A stretch of 63,842 bases of DNA, counting the filler, from Thermoplasmatota archaeon (GTDB lineage Archaea; Thermoplasmatota; E2; JACPAO01; JAHFTW01): the NCBI GenBank assembly GCA_041623215.1. It is 3 parts of 3 records of this genome, joined end to end, with 100 filler letters (N's around TTAATTAATTAA, not from the genome) between each part and the next. Parts side by side here need not be neighbours in the genome. Positions count along the whole stretch, not along the records: positions 1 to 26,602 come from JBFJXH010000010.1; 2 more parts are not named here. One strand, given 5' to 3'. Below, one piece after another: positions 9,885 to 18,521 of the stretch. Positions within the stretch are counted from its first letter, which is position 1. Each line of letters opens with the position of its first letter. The notes beneath the pieces were generated by a model. That model was not told the origin of the DNA. It ran no database searches and was given only the letters and a program-made list of their open reading frames with translations. Made by a program: the position numbers and the translations under genes.

Positions 9885-11093
9885 CTAACGGTCAACGTCC
9901 CCCAAGACGATGTCAATGGAGCCAAGCGTCGCAATCAGGTCAGCAATCTTCTGACCCCGCGACATGTGCTCCAAGACTTGCAAATTGCAGAAGCTCGGCG
10001 CTTTGACATGGACGCGGTCAGGCTGCATCTTGCCGTTGCCACGGACATGCACCCCGTATTCGCCCTTGGGATGCTCAATGCGGCTGTACGCCTCGCCCTT
10101 TGCCTTCACGCGCAGCAGCTTGCCACCGGCGAAGGCAGGATTGAGATGCAATCCGTCTAGGTTGCGGTTTTCCAGGCGGTCCACCACTTGTTCGAGAATC
10201 TTGACAGATTGCAGCATTTCTGCCCACCTCAATTGCAGGCGACCGTAGCAGTCACTCTGGACGGTGGTGGGAACTTCGAAGTTCAACTGGTCGTAAATGG
10301 AGTAGGGCGCTACCTTGCGAAGGTCGTGGGCAAGGCCGGTCGCGCGCAGCATGGGGCCCGTAATCCCCCAGGCCAGCGCGTCCTCTTGGGTCAGCGGACC
10401 TGTGCCGGTCAGCCGACCGACGAGAATGTCGTTCTTCTTGAGCAGCCGCTCGTACTTGGCAATCTGGCCGGGCATGCGACTCAGGAAGTCCTTCACGCGG
10501 GGCAGGTAGGTGGGGTCGTCCGGCAGGTCGTACTTGGTCCCGCCAAAGCGCATGTAGTTGAAGGTGAGCCGCGCGCCGCACAATTCCTCCATGAAGGTGA
10601 GGATTTCTTCCCGCTCACGAAGCGCATAGAACAGAGGCGTGATGGCGCCAAGGTCCAGCATGAAGGTGCCCATCCAAAACAGGTGGTTGCACAGCCGCGA
10701 AAGTTCGAGGGCGAAGACGCGAACGTGCTCCGCGCGTTCGGATACCAGTTGTTCATCCGAGCCGCCGAGTAACTCCTCCACGGCCAACACGTAGCCGTGG
10801 TTGTTGTGCATGGCGCTGATGTAGTCCATGCGGTCGGTCAGAGGAATGAATTTGACCCAGTGCATACCCTCGGCAATCTTCTCACTGCCGCGGTGCAAAT
10901 AGCCGATGACCGGCTCACAGGAAACCACGATTTCGCCATCGAGCTTGAGCTTCAACCGGAGCACGCCGTGGGTAGACGGGTGCTGGGGCCCCATGTTGAG
11001 CTCCATGAGGTGCCGACCGGCGTGGTCGCCCGCAATGGGGCGCAGTTGGCCGGCGTCAAACGTATTGGGAATCGACTGTTGAAGGTTCATCAC
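9885..11093 (-). CDS. nuoD: Complex I-like subunit D
   Basis: [24 protein letters not shown] and C-terminal DIVLGDVDR motifs. Confidence 0.96.
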   Translation of the reverse strand: MMNLQQSIPNTFDAGQLRPIAGDHAGRHLMELNMGPQHPSTHGVLRLKLKLDGEIVVSCEPVIGYLHRGSEKIAEGMHWVKFIPLTDRMDYISAMHNNHGYVLAVEELLGGSDEQLVSERAEHVRVFALELSRLCNHLFWMGTFMLDLGAITPLFYALREREEILTFMEELCGARLTFNYMRFGGTKYDLPDDPTYLPRVKDFLSRMPGQIAKYERLLKKNDILVGRLTGTGPLTQEDALAWGITGPMLRATGLAHDLRKVAPYSIYDQLNFEVPTTVQSDCYGRLQLRWAEMLQSVKILEQVVDRLENRNLDGLHLNPAFAGGKLLRVKAKGEAYSRIEHPKGEYGVHVRGNGKMQPDRVHVKAPSFCNLQVLEHMSRGQKIADLIATLGSIDIVLGDVDR

Positions 11094-11635
11094 CAGGCCC
11101 CCTCTTCTTCATGGTCAACGACGACGTCTTCGCCATCCCGCATCGCGACGAATTGCTCGGGTGTCTTGTCGTCTTTGCGGGCTGGGTGGCCTTTCCAGCC
11201 TTCGGGCAAGAAAATTCGGCGGTGGTCCGGGTTGCCTTCGAAGCGGATGCCGTACAGGTCCCACATTTCCCGTTCGTGCCAACCCGCCGCCGGGAACAGC
11301 GCGACAATGGATTGGGTCACGGGTTGCACATCGTTGCCCTCGTCGTCTTTGCGAGCTACTTCGGTGCGGAAGCGCACTTCGCCAAATTCGTCGGGAGTAG
11401 CGGCTGGCTTGACGAAAGCATAGAGCACACCGATGGCATCACCAGTGTCGTAAGCGGATAGGAGTGACAGGATGCTGTAGCCGTAATCGTGGGCGACGCG
11501 TCCGGCAGCAAACACGGCGTCGGGAGCCACCTGTGCCGTTGGCACGCCGTCTTCAGTAGGGACGGTGTCCAACAAATCCTCACCGAGCGCCTCGGCGAGG
11601 CCGTCGTGGACGTTGAGGGTCGTTGAGGTCGTCAT
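11090..11635 (-). CDS. nuoC: Complex I-like subunit C
   Basis: [31 protein letters not shown] motif. Confidence 0.93.
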   Translation of the reverse strand: MTTSTTLNVHDGLAEALGEDLLDTVPTEDGVPTAQVAPDAVFAAGRVAHDYGYSILSLLSAYDTGDAIGVLYAFVKPAATPDEFGEVRFRTEVARKDDEGNDVQPVTQSIVALFPAAGWHEREMWDLYGIRFEGNPDHRRIFLPEGWKGHPARKDDKTPEQFVAMRDGEDVVVDHEEEGAW

Positions 11636-12225
11636 CAGAAACCGACCTCCAACACATCGTTGCGGTCACGGATCTTCTGTTGCAATTTCTGCAAGCCATC
11701 CATGAGTGCCTCGGGACGGGGTGGGCAACCAGGGATGTAGACATCCACCGGCACAATCTTGTCGACGCCCTTCACAACGAAGTAAGAATCTTGGTACGGG
11801 CCCCCGTTGGTTGCGCAGGCACCCATCGCGATGACGTACTTGGGGTCAGCCATCTGCTCGTAGAGGTTGCGAATCCGGGGCGCCATTTTCTTGGTCACCG
11901 TGCCGGGCACAATCATGAGATCGCATTGTCGGGGCGAAGCTCGCGACACTTCGCTGCCAAAACGGCTCATGTCGAAGTTGCTGCCCTGGACGCCAATCAT
12001 CTCAATGGCGCAGCAGGCAAGGCCGAACGTAAACGGCCACAGGGAATTGCTGCGTCCCCAGTTCACAAGTTTGCTGGCCACGGTGAGCAGGATGCCCTCC
12101 TTTTGCTCCTCCACCACGATGGGGATGCGGTTACTGTCGGGCGAAAAGTGAGGGACCTCGGACGCCGCATCTTCCGGCGCACCGTCGACTTCCGCTTCCA
12201 CCACGGGGACTTCTTCGTTGCTCAC
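11635..12225 (-). CDS. nuoB: Complex I-like subunit B
   Basis: GLACCAIEM and [14 protein letters not shown] motifs. Confidence 0.96.
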   Translation of the reverse strand: MSNEEVPVVEAEVDGAPEDAASEVPHFSPDSNRIPIVVEEQKEGILLTVASKLVNWGRSNSLWPFTFGLACCAIEMIGVQGSNFDMSRFGSEVSRASPRQCDLMIVPGTVTKKMAPRIRNLYEQMADPKYVIAMGACATNGGPYQDSYFVVKGVDKIVPVDVYIPGCPPRPEALMDGLQKLQQKIRDRNDVLEVGF

Positions 12226-12605
12226 GAAAGCGTCCTCCAGGAAAGGAGCTTCTTGCGAAGCTCGTAGAAGTAGCCAATCAAGATGAGGCCAACGAACACG
12301 CCCATGGCGAGAATGGCGCCGGTCGTAATCAGCGATTCATCCTTGAACCGGAGCGCAAAGGGCACCAGGAACATGGTTTCTACATCGAAGATCAAGAAGG
12401 TCAAGATGTACATGTAATACTGGACATCGATTGGGCCTCGCGCACCAGGCGTTGCCTCTTCACCACACTCGTAGGAAGTGACTTTGGTTGCGCTGGCACG
12501 TGCTGGTCCGACGAACTTGTTTCCAAGCAGCGTCACGAGGACGAGAAGGAAAGCTACGCCGGCCAGAATCGCCAGTGGGACGTAAGTGATGGCCTCTCCG
12601 GTCAT
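12222..12605 (-). CDS. nuoA: Complex I-like subunit A
   Basis: YECGE and FLIFDVE motifs; three TM helices; start at ATG 12605. Confidence 0.93.
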   Translation of the reverse strand: MTGEAITYVPLAILAGVAFLLVLVTLLGNKFVGPARASATKVTSYECGEEATPGARGPIDVQYYMYILTFLIFDVETMFLVPFALRFKDESLITTGAILAMGVFVGLILIGYFYELRKKLLSWRTLS

Positions 12606-12660
12606 ATATAAACCCCAGGCTCCGGGCGGCGCGACGGGCATACCGCATATGAGGGTTACC

Positions 12661-13767
12661 ATGGAGGCCGACGATAACTGGGGTCGCGGCTATCAGGCCC
12701 GGCCCCGTCGCAGCGCCGTGCCCCACCCCTTGGCCACCCTACTTCGCGAACGCATCGAACGCGACGGACCCATGACCTTTGAGGCGTGGATGGAGACTTG
12801 CCTGTACCACCCGGAGCACGGATACTACGTCCAAGGTGAACGCACCGGCACCGGCGACGACCGAGACTTCGTCACCAGTCCGACCCTGCACGAGTTCTTT
12901 GGCCACGCCATCGCCGTGGACTTAGCATCCAACTACGACGACCTAGGCTGCCCGGCAGCCTATGACGTAGTGGAATTCGGCGGCGGCGAGGGCGACCTCG
13001 CCCGCGACGCCATCCAATGGATTGACACGCACCGGCCCGACCTCGCAAAGGCACTCACCTGGACCCATATCGAAGCAAGCCCCGCCCACCGGGGAGAACA
13101 GCAATACGGCACCGACATGCGCGTGCGGTGGGCGACCGACATGCCGAGGATCGAAACGGGCGCCGTTGTTAGCAACGAATTCGCCGACGCACTCCCATTC
13201 CATTGGCTCCACTACGACGGCAGCACCTGGCAAGAAGTCTGCGTGGGGCACGACGGATCTAACTTCGTGGAAGCCCTCCGACCGGCACCCCGGCAAGCAC
13301 TCGACAATGCACCAGAGCTTCCTGGAGCCGAGGCCGGCGACCGTACCGTCGCCATGCCGCGTGTCCGGGACTGGGTGGAGACCTGCGCCAAACGCGTCCA
13401 ACGAGGCCTCTTCTTCATGGTGGATTATGGCGGCCACGGCCGCCACTTGTGGCCGAGCGAAACGGGCACCGTGCGCTCGTATCGGTTCCACGAAGAGAGT
13501 GATGACGTCCTCACGGCTCCGGGCGAAGTTGACCTGACCGCATCCATTGACTTTGACCTAGTGACCGGATGGGGCGTACAGGCCGGCTGGCGCTTCATGC
13601 AACTGGAAAGCCAAGAGGCATTCCTTGTCCGCAATGGCATCCTCGAAGCACTGAACCAGGTAGACCGGAACAGCGTGGAAGGCGCCTCCAGCTACCTCCG
13701 CCTTCGGCAAATCATGCTACCAACGGGCCTAGGGGCGACCTTCAAGGTCCTTAGATTACAAAAGTAA
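12661..13767 (+). CDS. MidA/NDUFAF7-family SAM-dependent methyltransferase (start uncertain: ATG 12661 or GTG 12718)
   Basis: GPMTFEAWMETCLYHPEHGYY, DFVTSP, VEFGGGEG, SNEFADALP, VDYG and PGEVDLTASIDF motifs. Confidence 0.9.
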   Translation: MEADDNWGRGYQARPRRSAVPHPLATLLRERIERDGPMTFEAWMETCLYHPEHGYYVQGERTGTGDDRDFVTSPTLHEFFGHAIAVDLASNYDDLGCPAAYDVVEFGGGEGDLARDAIQWIDTHRPDLAKALTWTHIEASPAHRGEQQYGTDMRVRWATDMPRIETGAVVSNEFADALPFHWLHYDGSTWQEVCVGHDGSNFVEALRPAPRQALDNAPELPGAEAGDRTVAMPRVRDWVETCAKRVQRGLFFMVDYGGHGRHLWPSETGTVRSYRFHEESDDVLTAPGEVDLTASIDFDLVTGWGVQAGWRFMQLESQEAFLVRNGILEALNQVDRNSVEGASSYLRLRQIMLPTGLGATFKVLRLQK

Positions 13768-13825
13768 CCAGCTCCAAGGGAATCGAAGCCGGGGGGAGGA
13801 CGGCGCCAGGCACGCCCGTCACATC

Positions 13826-13850
13826 AAAAGAGGAGAAGAAAAGGAGAAGG
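13826..13850 (-). terminator. Pyrimidine-rich tract, putative archaeal terminator
   Basis: C/T-only run on the minus strand just after the stop at 13866. Confidence 0.45.
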
Positions 13851-13865
13851 TAAGCGCTGCACAGC

Positions 13866-14840
13866 TTATGGCGTGAAGCCGTTGCCGTTACAGTCGGGGT
13901 GGTTGAACGGATTCACAACGCAGGGCGGGAACGGTTGGCCAACCAAGAGAATCGGCGTAATCATGGGGTTCCAGGCGATCACGTCCGCCTCGCGGAGCGG
14001 ACCCCAAACCGGAACATCATCTTCGGCACGGAAGCCAGCATCCCGGAGCGTCTGGTTGTTCTCTACGGTGTCCATGGCCAAGTCGCGCTCGCTGCCGGCG
14101 TTGGCGAAGTAGTCGCCATCGGTAGCGTCACCAATGCGGTTGCCGCCGCCCTGGTACGGGCCGACGCCACCTTGGTCGTACGCGGCGTTGCGGGCACTCG
14201 AGTAGTGAATGCATTGCTTGCCGTTGGTGCACATGAACAGGTCAAGGTAGTTGCCGTTCGGGAACGTGTCATCATCGCCGAGACCGCCAGCCGGGCTGGA
14301 GGAGACAATCATTTCACCAATGGGGATGTCCCAAATGTAGGTGCCCGTGGCAACGTTGTATTGGCTCCAGCCGTCGTCTCCCGGTTCGGGGTGGACCGCT
14401 TCACTGCAGGGGAAGACACGGTTGTAGCTCTCAACGTAGTCGGTCGGCTCCTGGATTTCACTGCGAACGCTGGCGTAGAGGGCGCAGCTGTTGGTGAACT
14501 CGTCGGTGGGGTAGTAGCCGTACTCGGACGGGTTGTTGCCGTCGCGGGGGTTGTCGGCTCCATAGTAGCGGAACATCTGGACACGCACTTGGAGTTGGTC
14601 AGTGTCGTTGACACCATACACAATGTCCGCGCCACCGGCGTGAACAATGTCATAGCCGTTGGAGCAACCGAGGGGGTCGCCGTTGGCGTCGTTGGCGTCA
14701 GGGTCGCCGCCGCCACATTCGCGGATGCGAATGGTTGCCGTGAACTGGTCAGGAGCCGCGTGGGACTCAATGGCCATGCTGGCCGGCATCATGAACATGG
14801 CTGCTGCCACGAAGGCCACCAGGGCCACCTTGGCGTTCAT
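13866..14840 (-). CDS. Secreted Cys-containing hypothetical protein (paralog 1 of 3)
   Basis: Signal peptide; strongly C-ending codons; motifs shared with the two upstream ORFs. Confidence 0.85.
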   Translation of the reverse strand: MNAKVALVAFVAAAMFMMPASMAIESHAAPDQFTATIRIRECGGGDPDANDANGDPLGCSNGYDIVHAGGADIVYGVNDTDQLQVRVQMFRYYGADNPRDGNNPSEYGYYPTDEFTNSCALYASVRSEIQEPTDYVESYNRVFPCSEAVHPEPGDDGWSQYNVATGTYIWDIPIGEMIVSSSPAGGLGDDDTFPNGNYLDLFMCTNGKQCIHYSSARNAAYDQGGVGPYQGGGNRIGDATDGDYFANAGSERDLAMDTVENNQTLRDAGFRAEDDVPVWGPLREADVIAWNPMITPILLVGQPFPPCVVNPFNHPDCNGNGFTP

Positions 14841-15997
14841 TAGTAGCCACCTCCGTCAACCGGGTCCGTGGTGCCGCCTTGGAAGCCGCGCTCCACAATC
14901 ACGATGGGCGTGAAAGCAGGCGAGTAGACGGTTTCGGGGCATTGGTCCGTGACGGCTGCCGCAGGGAGAACCGCGTTGCCGATGCCGGTGCCGGGGTTGC
15001 CATCACCGTCGTCAATGACCGTGTTGGCCGTGTAAGCGGCGAGGTAAGGGGAGCTGCGAACGGTGCTGCATTCCTCATCCATACCGGTCGTGGCGAGGGT
15101 GTCATCGTCATACTGGTCGGCGACGTAGCGGTTGAAGGGGAACGAGATGGTGCCGCATTGGCCAACACCCAGGTGCTCGAAGCCTGCCAGCGACGGGTGG
15201 AGCCCACATTCGGGGTTGTCGTCGTAGCGGTCTTCGTGGGTCTTGCTGCGGGGGCTGAAGTAGTGAACACAGCCGTACTTGATGCCAAGGTCACTGGCAC
15301 CGGGGCAGAAGAACACGTCCATGACGTTGCCTTGGACACCGGAGGCAGGGCCATTCACGGGGTCACGACCCAGAGGGGCAGCGGCGTCAACCATGAAGTC
15401 CTTGAGGGAAAGCTGGAACACGTAGGTGCCGCGTTCGCGCTGGCCGTAGTTGCAGCCACCACCTTGGCTGAAGTTGCCATCGCAGACGGGGTTGTGGTAG
15501 ACGTCCTTCGAGCCGTATTCATCGGCGTCGGAGCAGTTGAGCACCTTGACAATCTGCATGCTGGAGGGACTGTACGAAGAGCCATCACTCATCTGCACGT
15601 AGAACTTGCAGTTGTCGAAGTTGGTGGGTTGGAATTGAATGGTGGGGCGGTCCTCGTAGGCCTCGACCACAAACTGGAGCACGTCGGTGCCGTTGCGTTC
15701 GGCGCCAACCACGAAGGTAGCTCCGCCGCCGAAGACGAGGTCATATTTGCCCAGGCGCTTGTCGCAGTCGCGCTGGCCAATGCTGACGTCTTCGCCAGTG
15801 ACATTTTCGCTGACCTCTTGGCCGGTGGCCCCATAGAACACACGGTCCTGGAGCTCATGGGCACAGTTCGGCCGGATACTGATTTTTGCAGCAAAGCCGT
15901 CCTCATTCATCTGGAGTTGGGGATCCGGATCGGCGATGACGCTGGAAGCGCCTCCGACGAGTGCGGCTGCCACCACGGCTACCATCCACTTGTTCAT
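14840..15997 (-). CDS. Secreted Cys-containing hypothetical protein (paralog 2 of 3)
   Basis: Signal peptide; stop overlaps the next start (TAATG). Confidence 0.85.
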   Translation of the reverse strand: MNKWMVAVVAAALVGGASSVIADPDPQLQMNEDGFAAKISIRPNCAHELQDRVFYGATGQEVSENVTGEDVSIGQRDCDKRLGKYDLVFGGGATFVVGAERNGTDVLQFVVEAYEDRPTIQFQPTNFDNCKFYVQMSDGSSYSPSSMQIVKVLNCSDADEYGSKDVYHNPVCDGNFSQGGGCNYGQRERGTYVFQLSLKDFMVDAAAPLGRDPVNGPASGVQGNVMDVFFCPGASDLGIKYGCVHYFSPRSKTHEDRYDDNPECGLHPSLAGFEHLGVGQCGTISFPFNRYVADQYDDDTLATTGMDEECSTVRSSPYLAAYTANTVIDDGDGNPGTGIGNAVLPAAAVTDQCPETVYSPAFTPIVIVERGFQGGTTDPVDGGGY

Positions 15998-16051
15998 GTA
16001 TTCATCCTACCTAACGACAGGGTTGTCGTAGGATGGAGCACCTTACCCAGG

Positions 16052-16057
16052 TATAAA
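16052..16057 (-). promoter_or_regulatory. TATA box (TTTATA) for 15997/14840
   Basis: TTTATA in a GC-rich intergenic gap upstream of the two-gene unit. Confidence 0.55.
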
Positions 16058-16158
16058 GGCGTTACTGGTAACGACTGTTGGGCTTACTCATCCTCTGAGA
16101 CGGCGTCGAGTGGCGGCCGTCGCACGGGCCAAATCGGCCAGATTTGGAGCCGGCTAAC

Positions 16159-16186
16159 AAAAGAAAGATGGAGGAGGGGGAAGGAA
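16159..16186 (-). terminator. Pyrimidine-rich tract, putative terminator
   Basis: C/T-rich run on the minus strand downstream of the stop at 16220. Confidence 0.4.
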
Positions 16187-16219
16187 CACGCTAGCCCGCG
16201 AAAGGCGCTCTGCGCTGAC

Positions 16220-17095
16220 TTAGTTGCCCGGCGCGCCGGACGCAGTTTGCGTGAAGAAGGGGCGCTCGAGCAGGGTAATCATGGTGTTCGTGGGGTTGGC
16301 GGAGGCCGGATGGACCGTACCGCAGACGGCTTCGATGCAGTTGCCGTCGTAGGGGTCCGTGAGGGTGGGGGTAGCAAAGCCACCAGAGCCTTCGGATGCC
16401 ATCGTCCTCGCATTGCTGTAGCGCACGCAGTTGAGGCCATCGTTATCCTGGTCGTATTGGGCTGGACAGAATTGGATGTCCAACAGGTTGCCATAGTGAA
16501 GGAATTCGAAGCCAGTGGTCGCCCACGTCAGGTACGGCCGCAGAGATACCGCAGCGTGGTAGCGGCCTTTGCTGATGTCCGCCCCAACCCCTCCGGGGCC
16601 CGGGATGACATCGCGACAGTTGTACCGAACACCATCATCGTCGGATTTCTCGTAATCACCGATATGATGGTCCGGAGGACGGGAGCCATCGTTGGATCCC
16701 TGGAACGCAAAGTCGCTGTCGCCAGCGGTGCGCGTGCGAATGAGGAAGTAGCAGTCGTAGACATCGGCATTGGCTTCGTCAGCATAGCCAACGTGGCCGG
16801 CGACATGGTAGGGTGCCTGGTACGGTTGGTAACTGTTGGCGCCACCGGCAGCGTCCTTCGCATTCACGGAAACTTGCAGGATTGGGAACGTCGTCTTGCC
16901 ACGGTTGGGGACGATGATGACCTGGGATGCGACGCCGGGCTGAATCTCGAAGTCGGGGCTCCCTTGGGCTTCGGAGATTGTGATGGTTGCCGCAAAGCGG
17001 TCGCCATTGCCGAATCGGCTGTCCGCCTGGACACTCGATCCGGCCATGATCATTCCTACCACGACCAGGAAGGCCGCCATCCATTGCCACTTCAT
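16220..17095 (-). CDS. Secreted Cys-containing hypothetical protein (paralog 3 of 3)
   Basis: Signal peptide MKWQW...SVQA; motifs shared with the downstream pair. Confidence 0.85.
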   Translation of the reverse strand: MKWQWMAAFLVVVGMIMAGSSVQADSRFGNGDRFAATITISEAQGSPDFEIQPGVASQVIIVPNRGKTTFPILQVSVNAKDAAGGANSYQPYQAPYHVAGHVGYADEANADVYDCYFLIRTRTAGDSDFAFQGSNDGSRPPDHHIGDYEKSDDDGVRYNCRDVIPGPGGVGADISKGRYHAAVSLRPYLTWATTGFEFLHYGNLLDIQFCPAQYDQDNDGLNCVRYSNARTMASEGSGGFATPTLTDPYDGNCIEAVCGTVHPASANPTNTMITLLERPFFTQTASGAPGN

Positions 17096-17232
17096 GATAC
17101 ATCACTCAGCGTGGGCTGATGCGCTCAAGTGCCACTGGTGCTTGATAACCGTTGCCGTCCAAAGCGTAGGCTGGTGTTTATGAGCCGTACCGGAGTGGCC
17201 GGCCCCGCGAGCCCCGTGTGGGGCCACGCTTC

Positions 17233-17303
17233 GCAGGATTGGTCTAGGGGTATGACTTCGGCCTTCCAAGCCGCCAGCACGGGTTCAAATCCCGTATCCT
17301 GCA
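17233..17303 (+). tRNA. tRNA-Gly (anticodon TCC)
   Basis: Acceptor stem GCAGGAT/ATCCTGC; anticodon loop CT-TCC-AA; T arm ACGGG-TTCAAAT-CCCGT; discriminator A; no CCA encoded. Confidence 0.93.
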
Positions 17304-17388
17304 TTGAATCTGACCCACCGCGGCTTCCCGCCGCCCCGAGGTTACACGGCCCGACGAGTGGCAGTGCCCACGCCGGTGCTGGCGCCGA

Positions 17389-18465
17389 TTATCCTCGTCC
17401 GCCAACCAGTTGCCGGGGTCCATCGTCGTCCATCTTGAGGGCGAACTCCTTGCGGTAAACATCGAGTATGGTTACGAAGATGCTGAGCACGAGAGGGCCC
17501 AGGATGAAGCCGCTGAAGCCGAAGACCACGATGCCACCCACAATTCCGAGGAGTACGATGACCGGGTGCACGTGGGCACGCGAACCAATCAGCTTGGGCC
17601 GGATGAGGTTGTCAAGGCCACTTACCAGGATGGCGCTGTAAATCGCCAGACCAATGCCTTCGAACGTGTTGCCACTCGCCATGAGATACAGGCTCCAGGG
17701 CACCCATACAAGCGGCGGGCCAATCACCGGCAGGAGCGCTAGGACGAAGGTCAGGAATGTCCAAAGGATTAGGTTCGGCACCCCAAACAAGGCGAAGCCA
17801 ATCGCGGCCAACGTGGCTTGAATCGCGGCGGTCGCCACCTGCCCGAACATGACGGCGCGCGTCACGTTGTCGATTTCGTGCAGCAGCAAGTCCCGGTGGG
17901 CTTCTTGCATCGGCAGCAGTTCCTTGACGAAGTCTCGAAAGGCGTGGCCGTCGGTGTAGGCGTAGTACAGGACATACAGCAGAATGAAGACGCCAAGGAG
18001 GCCTTCAGCCAGCAGCAGGACTAGATCGCTCGCCAAGCCACTGACGAAGCTCGACAGGCTGGGCAAGATGGACGCCAGCAGGCCGTCAATCACGGCGGGC
18101 TCCACGACGCCACCAAGCAAGGCATGGAGACCGGATTCAATGGCGAGGCGAAGGCCGGGTCCGGTGACCTGGCGCGCCGCGGCCTGTAGGTCGTTGACCA
18201 AGCCGGCCAGCAGAAACGCGAGGGGTACGAGGATGAGTCCCGCCAGCAACACGACCATGGTCAAGGCGGCCACCGGACGGTAGCGCACTTTTGCCAGAAT
18301 CTTGTCATACAGCGGGTGGCTGAGGTAGGCGGTCAGCAAACCAATGAGGACGTAGTCAAGGAACACGCCCACGACGCGCAGGCTCACCCATGCAAGAATG
18401 AGCAGGAGGGCGAACAGAAAATAGGGGCTCAGCCGGCGCTTGGATAATGGCAAGCAGCCTCCCAC
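17389..18465 (-). CDS. AI-2E (PerM) family transporter
   Basis: DNLIRPKLIG and HPVIVLLGIVGGIVVFGFSGFILGP motifs. Confidence 0.92.
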   Translation of the reverse strand: MGGCLPLSKRRLSPYFLFALLLILAWVSLRVVGVFLDYVLIGLLTAYLSHPLYDKILAKVRYRPVAALTMVVLLAGLILVPLAFLLAGLVNDLQAAARQVTGPGLRLAIESGLHALLGGVVEPAVIDGLLASILPSLSSFVSGLASDLVLLLAEGLLGVFILLYVLYYAYTDGHAFRDFVKELLPMQEAHRDLLLHEIDNVTRAVMFGQVATAAIQATLAAIGFALFGVPNLILWTFLTFVLALLPVIGPPLVWVPWSLYLMASGNTFEGIGLAIYSAILVSGLDNLIRPKLIGSRAHVHPVIVLLGIVGGIVVFGFSGFILGPLVLSIFVTILDVYRKEFALKMDDDGPRQLVGGRG

Positions 18466-18521
18466 GGGACACCTGCTATTTGACGGCCGTGGCCCGGGGC
18501 CACATGGCCGGCCGCGTGCGA

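Noticed and set aside
14879..17119. 746-aa plus-strand ORF
   Set aside because: Antisense shadow of two codon-biased minus-strand genes that reads through their intergenic gap; no protein-like features
17233..17303. tRNA-Gly as an integration site for an island
   Set aside because: No integrase and no duplicated tRNA 3' end seen in the window
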